Assembly: GCA_044892505.1 (NCBI GenBank)
Contig: CM097882.1
Span: 280,674,001-280,738,000, forward strand
DNA length: 64,000 bases
Source: Schmidtea nova
Taxonomy: Eukaryota
Direction: 5' to 3'
Shown: positions 25,713 to 35,003 of the stretch, piece by piece
Numbering within the stretch: the first letter of the stretch is position 1
How the letters are laid out: each line of letters starts with the position of its first letter
The notes under the pieces: generated by a model
What the model was told of the DNA's origin: nothing
The model's database searches: none
What the model saw: the letters and a program-made list of their open reading frames with translations, nothing else
Made by a program: the position numbers and the translations under genes

Positions 25713-25746
25713 TATTTATACTCGTCATCGTCTGTGTGCAGCCAAT
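25713..25746 (-). promoter_or_regulatory. Pol II-type core promoter (CCAAT box + TATAAATA) of the left TIR gene
   Basis: TATAAATA on minus strand 25720-25713, CCAAT at 25742-25746, ATG at 25684. Confidence 0.6.
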
Positions 25747-25997
25747 CAGATTCTTGCACATGTCTTGTAAATCAATTGCACATGTCTTGCTAATCAATTG
25801 GCTATGTATTAATAATTGACTTTGTATACATGTTATTATACATTCTTAACTCCATCGATATTATAAAACTTTCTAAAATTATAACAAAACGTAGAAAAAA
25901 AAATCATTTAAATAAATCTTGTATTTTTTATATACATATCACAAAGTTAATTTTATCACAATGTTTATTTTCACATATTGATACTGCGGATACAATC

Positions 25998-26103
25998 TCT
26001 GAACAAACTGGTTTTTGGATGATATGTTTTCTGAACAAACTGGTTTTTGGATGATATGTTTTCTGGACAAACTTTTTTGATATGTTTTCTGCTCAAACTG
26101 ATT
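25998..26103 (+). repeat. Degenerate 26-32 bp minisatellite running into the N gap
   Basis: TCTGAACAAACTGGTTTTTGGATGATATGTTT x2 followed by two shortened variants. Confidence 0.8.
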
Positions 26104-26414
26104 NNNNNNNNNNNNNNNNNNNNNNNNNNNNNNNNNNNNNNNNNNNNNNNNNNNNNNNNNNNNNNNNNNNNNNNNNNNNNNNNNNNNNNNNNNNNNNNNN
26201 NNNNNNNNNNNNNNNNNNNNNNNNNNNNNNNNNNNNNNNNNNNNNNNNNNNNNNNNNNNNNNNNNNNNNNNNNNNNNNNNNNNNNNNNNNNNNNNNNNNN
26301 NNNNNNNNNNNNNNNNNNNNNNNNNNNNNNNNNNNNNNNNNNNNNNNNNNNNNNNNNNNNNNNNNNNNNNNNNNNNNNNNNNNNNNNNNNNNNNNNNNNN
26401 NNNNNNNNNNNNNN
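26104..26414. other. Assembly gap or masked segment (311 N)
   Basis: Run of N; contains the unseen PolB stop codon. Confidence 0.99.
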
Positions 26415-29400
26415 ATATAATCATAATCTTCAAAATAGTTTTCATCCGTTTGTTCATTTGCCTCTGGCATGATATTTGATGGTCCAGGATCATTTATAAC
26501 TATAGAGATATCACCCCCTCTGTAATGGCCATACGCCAAACTCTTATTCTTATCTATCCATTGGCGTTTATCATCTAAGTTTGTTAAGGCCCTCTTTTTA
26601 CTTTTTACACTATACAACTGGTGGTTTTTACTGACTATCCTAAATTGGGGCACAGTATAAATTTTATTATTCCTATAGCAATCAAGATAGGACTCATGAC
26701 AAATTTCGGTATCCTCAAGACAAACACCCTTCGCTTTAAGACATTCCTCATCCCCTAACAAACTATAACATTTTGGTCTCAAGAACACCCACTCCTTATA
26801 CAGAAACCCTTTATTCTCGTCTTTGAATTTACCAATGACAGAATCAAGGCTCCTACTGTATAAGGGATGATTTGGGTCATAATTAGACGTGTCAAGAAGT
26901 CTATCCCTAATCATAGCATCTAACAAGGTATTCAAGGAAAGATTTTTCACCTCTAAAAAGAAAGAATCCGTGTCACCAGCTACAATATTTATCTCACAAT
27001 TAAACTCAGTGCGATAACTTTCTAATTCTTCATATTGTAGCTGGTACATGCGAAGTTTGGATAAATCTAGTACAGTTTGTCCAATGTAACTAGGTCTATC
27101 CAAACATACTGTTTCTTTTCTTAACAATACGGCGATAAGATCATTGTCAATTCTAGTTGTTTTTCGAAAATATGGTTTTGATGTGTAGGTTATTAATTTT
27201 TCCAGATTATTACACAACCGTAAGTTAATTCTTTTCTTAAGATTCTCTACGGTCTTACCGTAGAGACTATTATTAATTAATTTAAAATAATTACGATCCA
27301 GCTTGTTTGTACTTGCTGCTCGTTTTTGGGTGTTTATATTAATAAAATTTTTAAAAATATAATCTTGTTTAAATTTTATTGCTCTATGAGCTTTTTTAAC
27401 AATAACACCAATTTTAATAAAAATTGCGAGAAGTCGCCAATGGAGCACATAGTTGTTTTTCGGATAGTGTGTCAGTAGCAACTTCTCGACTTTCGAAAAA
27501 GGGGCACACATCTTTTCAGCGGCAACTGGAAAATCATCCAGCTTGTCGTGAATCGACGTCGGTATCTCTAGATCCACTTCAATGGTATAACCATATTCAA
27601 GTGTCTCTAAATCTACCGTTGTGCATTCAGTTAAAATATTAGTTAATAAGTGGTCATCTGTGACCCATTCAAAATTACCGTATGGCAGCTTTTGACTTAA
27701 AGCCCACCCGTACAAATTATTAATATCAATATACAATAAAGAAGTCGTTTCGGAGGATACTACGTGATGCTTGTTGACAAATGTCAAACCACCACGGATC
27801 CCCCCTTCGAAAAAATTATACATCTCCCTATCTTGCAAAAGCTCGATAGGATATTCCAAAGACATCAATGCTGAACTCCAGCTCATACCGGGGATACCCA
27901 AAAAATTTAAGGGTTCAAGTCTATTGTGGGCAATGCTCCTAGCCCGAAACTGCTGAAAATAATCAGCTAAAAGAAAAACATCTAATTTTAAATAAACCAT
28001 CATGTAATCAAAAAGTGATGTACATGAGGTTTCTCTCCAGATTCTTTTAGCCAATTCATACTCCTCTACTTTAACACCTTTCCATATCGGGGGTAATGAG
28101 GTTGTTGATTGTAAAACCTCTAAAGATATTGCTGCATCATAAGGAAAAATGCCTTTACTTTTAATAATTGATCCTTGAAATTCCGACTCAGTTAATGGTA
28201 AAGAAGTCAATGTGTCAACTGCATTTTTCAATGATTCATTAATGAATTGATATGAATCAATAAATTTTACTGTTACTGAGGATATCCTAGCGAATAAACT
28301 CAAAAACTTCTCGCTCGTGACCGGGATACAACTTATATTCCACGATGAATATTTTGACAAACCAAATTTGAGGATATGATGCAAATCATACCCTCGCAAA
28401 TTATGAAACACTACGGGCAGCGTGTGTCTAATTGGCCTTGACAGATTACAAGATGAGCATGCCGCTCCAAGGAAATGGCCGGAAAAGTGGTCATGGTCCC
28501 TTACTTTCCTCACCAACGGCTTATTACACAAGTAACATCTTGTGCTATTTTCATAATTTTCCCTATCATCGTCAGAAAAAATTATTTTTTTATTATAATT
28601 ATTATAATAAAACGGAGCAACAATCTTTTTGCTAATGTATTGAATTTGAGAAAGGAATTTGTCAACACAATCAATACCGTAATATGATTTATAAAATCTC
28701 ACTCCTGTCAGATTATTTATACATAATAACCCTGCAGAAATGGGTATATGCTTCTGAAAGTACTTAGTGTCTTTAGGTAAAATTGCCTCAAAATCGGCAT
28801 AGATGACAAAGGGAGGAGTGACAGTCTTCGACCAGTCAGTAAATTCGAGAAATTTATTAGTAGGAAGGGTGTACATTGTTGTACCTAACTGGTTTTTATC
28901 ACAGAGAATAATATGACGATCAAAAGTATCGTCATTCCTGAAGCCGTTTAGACACCTAGGACACCATTGCGATTGTATTCTGACAGGAGAGATTAAATCA
29001 TTTCTGCAATTTAAAAACTTATTTAGATCTGTTATTGCTGCGTAATGAAACCCTTTACTATTTTGAAGCAAAAGCAGATTTAATGGGGTACCGTCTACAA
29101 CTTTAGAACGGTAAATAATATCTATAAACGGATGTTTCATAACTGCTTCGTTGTCTGTGAGGTCAATTAATGCATGTTCATCATATGAAAGGACATTAAT
29201 ACTGTAACCCGGATTCTGACGCTCAAATTTATCAATGTTACAAAGCCTCATAGGCATATCAGTCGGGTCAAAATTTAATTCGGAAAGATTGTAAGAAGTT
29301 GTTCTATGACGATATTGTCTACTAATACTATTATATCTTAAAATAGCCAAGATGCTATATAAAAAACAAAATTCATCATTTTTATTGTTGACATTAACTA

Positions 29401-29770
29401 TGCAACTTAAATTGATTAGAGAAACCGGTGTTTTAATGAATCTACTACCACTAAGCCTGCTTATTTCCGAAAACTTAGTCAAAATAAAACTTATATATTC
29501 TAATTTAGATATTGTCCAATTCGACCCTTTCTCATTTATACCAATCAATTTTTCATTGAGAAGTGAAATACCTTCCTCAATGAATGTACTGCTCCAAACA
29601 CGGGCAGAATTTGAGATGATGAAACTCTGTAGTTCATTGTCCTTCTCAAATTCTACCTTTAAGCAGAATTGTATTTTTACAGTCTTCATTTTATTTATTA
29701 AATCATTTAATTTATTAGATAAAATTTCAGGTACAGAGACCGTTTTCAAATTTAAACTCGAAACATCCAT
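26415..29770 (-). CDS. polB: Protein-primed family B DNA polymerase (pPolB) with N-terminal terminal-protein/OTU-like region; 3' end lies in the N gap
   Basis: Exo I YADFE, RDHDHFSG..C..CN insert, Exo II HNLRGYD, Exo III YLKLDV, motif A YIDINNLYG, motif B KLINNSLYGK, motif C GDTDS, KCY. First ATG is 29770 (the track start 29797 is TTG; the track end 26093 reads through Ns). Confidence 0.96.
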
Positions 29771-29798
29771 TTTAACAATTACATGACTATCTTTCAAG

Positions 29799-31130
29799 TC
29801 ACCGGTAATCTACCAAGCCACAACCTATTTGATTAATTATAGGTTTATTAATTATAGGTTTATTAATAGAAAATGAATTTAAGATTAAAGGTGTAACCTC
29901 ATCATCACTGATGGTAATAATTTCTTCATCATCACTGATGGTAATGATTTCTTCGTCATCACTGATGGTGATTATATCGTCCAATTTACATTTTTTATTA
30001 GAATTTATTTTTTCATTAATTAATTTTCTTTTATTAATATTTATTTGATTATTTAAAATATTAATTTTGTTATTTAAATTAATTATTTCATCATTTTGAT
30101 TATTAATTGGAATAGTTTGGTTATTAATTGGAATATTTTTATTATTTTGAATATTTGATGTAGTTTGAATATTTTGAATCATTTCACTATGTTGATTATT
30201 ATTTTGGAAATTATTATTATTTGTGATCAATAGATTAAAAAGGGATTTTTTGGAGGGTTGGAATTGAGTAAGATGGAACCTATGTTTAGTAAAGAAAGCC
30301 ATATAGGGGATTACTTCAATTACCTTACAATAGGGACAAATGAAGTGGGTGATACCTCTATATTTATAACTGTAATACTTTTCCATAATGACGTGGCAGT
30401 CATTATGTAAAGTACTATTACAGAAAGTAGTGTATAGTACACCTAAATAAAATAATTATATAAAATAATTATATAAAGTAATTATATAAAATAATTATAT
30501 AAAATGTTTCTTAGATTATTTTCATTTAACATATTATGAAATTATTGAAAAGAAAACTATTTGGTAATACATTAAATGAAAATTTACATTATTATCGTCA
30601 ATAATATAAAACATTAAATATTACTTAGTACAAAAATTTAGGGAATAAAATCAACTTCATTAAAAAAAAAATAATACTTCATATCGAAATAACATATACT
30701 TTATATACTTTATTCAAAAATTAATATTTCTATCTTATTAAAGATTAATTATTTAAATCATTAAAAATAATTATTTAAATCATATTTTATTAAAAAAAAA
30801 AAAACAAATAAAAAACATACATTTTTTCGAAACAGCACCAGAAACGTCAGCATAAGCCGCATCATTTGAATTTAACATATCATAATTATTCATAATTTGT
30901 TCTAAAGAATTTGATATGAAAAGCAAAATTCAACAAAAAAAAAAAATGTACCATTATTTCCATTTATTCCGCTAATCCCATTATTTCCATTTAATCCATT
31001 TCTAATGTTAACATTAGTTCTTGACATATTTCCTAAATTAAAAATAAAAATAATATAAAAGTAATGAAATAATTTTACCATTAACTCCTGATCCGTTGAC
31101 CATTCTTACATTTGATATATTGTTGAACAT
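29799..31130 (-). CDS. Predicted four-exon 285-aa protein: Asn/Gly-rich N-terminus, Cys/His cluster, Asn/Gln/Ile-rich linker, three tandem IITISDDE(E/V) SIM-like repeats
   Basis: Exons 31130-31079, 31032-30952, 30901-30821, 30442-29799. GT-AG introns of 46, 50 and 378 nt, all phase 1, give an open frame into the 195-aa track ORF (29799-30386). The 195-aa part is well supported; the third junction is the least certain. Confidence 0.65.
29895..29975 (-). repeat. 27-bp coding tandem repeat x3 (IITISDDEE)
   Basis: ATAATCACCATCAGTGATGACGAAGAA-like unit, three copies with synonymous differences. Confidence 0.9.
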
Positions 31131-31470
31131 TTTGATAATAATAATAGGTTAAAATTTGATTATAAAATTTTGGGTATAGTAAAAAGTGATTAAAATAATT
31201 AAAACATCTCTTTATATATATGGTCTATTGCATAATAACTATTCGACCAATGAAATTCGTTTATGGATAGAAAAGTTACGCTCACACACACACATAGTAT
31301 TTGTATTAACATACACACACATGTTATACACTATGTAACATTATATATATAATATTTACTAACACATGATTAATCATGCACGATGAATGCAAGGGTCATG
31401 CACGATAACTGCAGGGGTCATGCATCTTTTATTGCAAAACAATTATTTTTAATTAAAAAAAAAAAAAAAA

Positions 31471-31890
31471 TTAAATTTTCAAATAATCTAAAACCCCCAC
31501 CAAGCAACCTTTATAAGCACAGTTTGTGTGATCCCGATATGGACATGAAATATTGTCAGGAAAAACTTCTACTTCCTTAACATTATACTTAATTAATTTT
31601 AGGGACGGAAAATATCTTTTTAAAACAGTAAGTTTATCTTGATCAGTCACATAGAAAATCGCATCAACATCTTCAATTTCTTTCAAAATACATGTTGGAC
31701 AAAAGTGGTCTTCCCCTTCATACCATTCTAATCTGTCATGTTCACCAATTCCAGCCCAAAAAGGAACATCATTATATATCCAATATCTTGGTCGAAAAAT
31801 ATTATTAACATTCATAATACATAATTCTTTAATAATAATCCCTCCGCAATTATCATTATAACCATAAATATCAATAAAATAACAAGTCAT
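31471..31890 (-). CDS. 139-aa Polinton accessory protein, possibly a degenerate DEDD/DnaQ-like fold with C-terminal Cys/His cluster
   Basis: ATG ORF co-oriented with core genes. N-terminal FIDIYGY..IIKEL, central HDRLEWYEG, C-terminal CPYRDHTNCA. Fold call is from recalled pattern only. Confidence 0.6.
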   Translation of the reverse strand: MTCYFIDIYGYNDNCGGIIIKELCIMNVNNIFRPRYWIYNDVPFWAGIGEHDRLEWYEGEDHFCPTCILKEIEDVDAIFYVTDQDKLTVLKRYFPSLKLIKYNVKEVEVFPDNISCPYRDHTNCAYKGCLVGVLDYLKI

Positions 31891-31921
31891 TTTTCTAATA
31901 ATATTTATTAAACTAAATTGT

Positions 31922-32305
31922 TTATACTTTTAACATAGAATTAAGCCATGCAAGGCAATATTGTCCACATGTAATTGTTAATGGATGCTGATACCGAATT
32001 TTATTATATACAATCGGTTTACCCAATGTTTGCAGTTTACTAACTAATAAACCGGGATAATAACATCCGAAGGGATCGAATGCATATACATTGCTTGGTT
32101 TCACATATACAGCAATCCAATGTTCTCCGCCTAGAGTAGATGATTGAGTATTGACGACTATGGCTTGGTTGACATCTAAATAAGGGATTTTATCTAATGG
32201 ATAGACTCCAATAAATTGATTTCCTAACAACTGTTTTCCAATTCGATTAACCTGAATAGAACTATATAAATAAATATATTTGATAAATAATAAAACTTAC
32301 TCCAT
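31922..32305 (-). CDS. pro: Adenain-like cysteine maturation protease, two exons (32305-32301, 32261-31922), 114 aa
   Basis: GEHW (His), FDPFG (Asp), RYQH (Gln), CGQYC (Cys). The track ORF has no ATG. A 39-nt GTAAGT...TATAG intron yields MDSIQVNRIGKQLLGNQFIGVYPLD. Confidence 0.92.
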
Positions 32306-32372
32306 GACAAATTGTTAATTTTAACTTGTACATTTATAATGATAGTTTAAACCAGTAATGTCTGAGCTCTGC

Positions 32373-33593
32373 TCAAACTAATACTGTTCGATTAGCAGTA
32401 ATTTGAATTTCATTTTCAAAAACTCCATATATTATTACATGTACTGGTTCTTCAATGGCTTTAGCAAACTTGATATCCAATCTCAAATTTCCATTTTGAG
32501 GTAATTGACTTTGATTTAAATCGAAATCCGGAGCCAAAACAAATGTAAAGAATGGATATTTGTTTTTAAAATCAGCAAGATTTATACCACAATTTAAGTT
32601 CTTATCTAAATATCCCATATTTCTGACCATCGATTGCATATATGTAGTACAATAATTATCATTTTCGAAATCTTGAGTATATGTTTCTCGATAATCAGTG
32701 TTTTTCGATAAAGATAGAGAAGTTACATTGAAATGTTTGAATTTCGAACTTGATGCAGTATATGATCCATTGTATTGAGTTTCACTTTGAAATGCGACCA
32801 GAATAAAATTTGGCATTCTTCGATCTCCAAATATTTGTTCCTTGTAGAAAGATGATGCACCTTTACCAATAGCAAATTGTACTATTTCTTTGGTTTTCAT
32901 TGGATAAATAGCGTGTTTTGAGTTAAGTCCAACTTGATGTCCAGCTAATACAGAGGGTTCAACGCGAACGCGACGAATCATTAACTTTGCATCAACTAAT
33001 TGACATTTTGGTGCACCGTTTTTTGAATAAAGTGATAGTGAAGAATCAGATCGCTTCAGTCTGATGTGAACATTGACACCTGGTAATAAATATTTCGGTT
33101 GATCCATGAAATCCAGTTGTAGAGATGAACACATTGTAAATAGCTTTGAGCCTTTGATCCACGCTTTTCTCTCGTCAGAATCTCCATATCCCATTGGAGT
33201 AAGACAAGTTTCTTTAGTATCACCATTATAATTTAAAATAGTTTCGATTATTGCCTTGTGTGCATATGTATTGTTTCCACCTTCAATTTTGATATTATTA
33301 AAACCAAGAATCGCGTCCTTGAATAGAGTATGAAACATAAAATTGTTTGGTATAACATCATCAGTTGCAGACAAATCTTTTTTATCGGCATTTACAACTT
33401 TTATTTGAACTGTTAGTAAAGTATCATTCAAATCCAAATATTCAGATTGAGATCCGTTAATGTAAAATTCCACATCATTTCTACCGTCTGTAATAGAATT
33501 CATGGGAAATACTTCTTCAAATGCACCATTTTCAATGACTGCTTGAGGAGATGGTCGGTCGAAAAGACATAATTCAGATTTACCACAAATCAT
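32373..33593 (-). CDS. mcp: Major capsid protein (double jelly-roll, Polinton PY)
   Basis: KSELCLFDRP.Q..IE...EEVFP...VEFYI.G..SEYLDLNDTLL N-terminal signature and C-terminal GNLRLDIKFA...VIIYG; 406 aa. Confidence 0.92.
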   Translation of the reverse strand: MICGKSELCLFDRPSPQAVIENGAFEEVFPMNSITDGRNDVEFYINGSQSEYLDLNDTLLTVQIKVVNADKKDLSATDDVIPNNFMFHTLFKDAILGFNNIKIEGGNNTYAHKAIIETILNYNGDTKETCLTPMGYGDSDERKAWIKGSKLFTMCSSLQLDFMDQPKYLLPGVNVHIRLKRSDSSLSLYSKNGAPKCQLVDAKLMIRRVRVEPSVLAGHQVGLNSKHAIYPMKTKEIVQFAIGKGASSFYKEQIFGDRRMPNFILVAFQSETQYNGSYTASSSKFKHFNVTSLSLSKNTDYRETYTQDFENDNYCTTYMQSMVRNMGYLDKNLNCGINLADFKNKYPFFTFVLAPDFDLNQSQLPQNGNLRLDIKFAKAIEEPVHVIIYGVFENEIQITANRTVLV

Positions 33594-33988
33594 TTTGCAA
33601 ATATAGTTCCATGTCCTTTCATTCGATTGTTTATATACCTTCGATGCTTTTTACGTCTAGGCCCCACTTGTTCCGGTTCAGGTTCAGGTTCAGGCTCATC
33701 TTTATTTAACATACTTGCAACATTAGGAATCATACAAGTCACAGTAGGCAGTACTTTGCCAATAGCAGACAAGGCATTTGTTTTCAATGATGGTAGTATT
33801 TTCTGATCATTCATGATCACATCTTTGGCAGTTTTCAAACCAAAACTACCTATTCGCTTAAGAATTGGGAGTGCAAATCGCCCTATAGTTTTTAACCAAC
33901 CTGATCCATACTGTTTACCTGCAAAATAAGGTAATTCACCACCAGTTTGGCTATTACTATACAATGAAATTATATCTGGATTAATCAT
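33590..33988 (-). CDS. Small virion protein upstream of MCP (adenovirus pVI/core-like, amphipathic helix, basic C-terminus)
   Basis: QTGG...YFAG.QYGSGW followed by amphipathic WLKTIGRFALPILKRIG, (EP)n run and RRKKHRR. Stop overlaps the MCP start (ATGA). Confidence 0.75.
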   Translation of the reverse strand: MINPDIISLYSNSQTGGELPYFAGKQYGSGWLKTIGRFALPILKRIGSFGLKTAKDVIMNDQKILPSLKTNALSAIGKVLPTVTCMIPNVASMLNKDEPEPEPEPEQVGPRRKKHRRYINNRMKGHGTIFAK

Positions 33989-35003
33989 TTAATTTACGAA
34001 AATGTAATGTCAAATGTGTTTTTGAATCTTTTGGAAAATTTATTAATTTACCACTATCGTCACGGATATTTATTTCTATATTGTTTATACATGAGGTAGA
34101 AATAGGTAAATACATTGGATTATCCATTACTATTTGTACAACTTCATCCTGTTCATATTTGTCGATCCATACAGATTTCAGTAGAGGAACCAGAGAATCA
34201 CCGACAATTATTGGTTCGATAATGTTACTGTAAATGAACATTTGTTGATGATGATTAAATAATTTGGCTTTGCGAATTCCTTTAAATTCTCTATCTTGAT
34301 ATTTTTCATATTTTAATCCAAGTGTATTGATTAGTTTTTGATCAAATATAACTTCTTTAACTTCATCTTTCAGTTTAAATTTGAATACATTGTCAATAAT
34401 TTCAACACCTTTAAATATATGAGTACAGAAAAATGTCAAATAATTATATAATTCTTCAACTTTTGTCATGTATATTTCGTCTTGGAATTCATAAAGTAAA
34501 TCTGTTTCTAAATCATAACTTATTGATATATGCATTTTCTCTGATGAATAATCAGAAGGAATAAGCATTTTATAAGTTGAATTGTTGCTAATGATTTTTA
34601 ATTCATTAAACCCAAATTTATTCGCATCTTCTATATTTTCAAACTTAAAATAAAATGGTGTTATATCACAATTTATATGTAAATATATTTTATCTAGATG
34701 TAATTCAACTTTATCATTCAAATATTGAGTATCTTCATAATTAGTTTGAACTTTAAAGTAGTCATTTACAGTTTCAGTTGTCACTGTCGTGTAGTAAATT
34801 TTGCATTGGCTGTAATAAGGAAATTTGTTATATACAAATGTGAAATCTTGCAATGCAACTTCCCAATTACCACGTAAATAAATTGGATTTTGAAGATTGA
34901 CCATGAATTTACTGGCTTCATTATCTGGATGTATTAGTGGACAGCTATTACTCGGTAATATAGTATAAAAATTCACTTTACTAGGTCTTTTGATGATATC
35001 CAT
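33981..35003 (-). CDS. Minor capsid protein (penton, single jelly-roll, Polinton PX)
   Basis: FYTILPSNS...F.V.L.NPI.L.GNWEVAL N-terminus and FIYSNIIEP..VGD..VPLLK...YLP...INNIEINI.D..G C-terminus. First ATG is 35003 (the track start 35027 is GTG). Confidence 0.9.
   Translation of the reverse strand: MDIIKRPSKVNFYTILPSNSCPLIHPDNEASKFMVNLQNPIYLRGNWEVALQDFTFVYNKFPYYSQCKIYYTTVTTETVNDYFKVQTNYEDTQYLNDKVELHLDKIYLHINCDITPFYFKFENIEDANKFGFNELKIISNNSTYKMLIPSDYSSEKMHISISYDLETDLLYEFQDEIYMTKVEELYNYLTFFCTHIFKGVEIIDNVFKFKLKDEVKEVIFDQKLINTLGLKYEKYQDREFKGIRKAKLFNHHQQMFIYSNIIEPIIVGDSLVPLLKSVWIDKYEQDEVVQIVMDNPMYLPISTSCINNIEINIRDDSGKLINFPKDSKTHLTLHFRKLND

Larger units (their letters stand above)
24069..25834 (+). 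repeat. Left terminal inverted repeat (~1766 bp)
   Basis: Reverse-complement match to 38605-40310. Similarity ends at ...TTTGTATACATGTT. Contains homopolymer and (CA)n tracts, 37-bp and 13-bp arrays and a whole gene. Confidence 0.95.

Noticed and set aside
25830-26493. Several track ORFs spanning or flanking the N run, and the PolB end at 26093
   Set aside because: Artefacts of translating through Ns or AT-rich sequence.
27424-29786. Plus-strand ORFs of 61-144 aa inside PolB
   Set aside because: Antisense shadows of a well-supported gene.
29790-29815. A 23-nt GT-AG intron that might join the upstream ORF to PolB
   Set aside because: Its removal does not restore the PolB frame and it is far shorter than the other introns.
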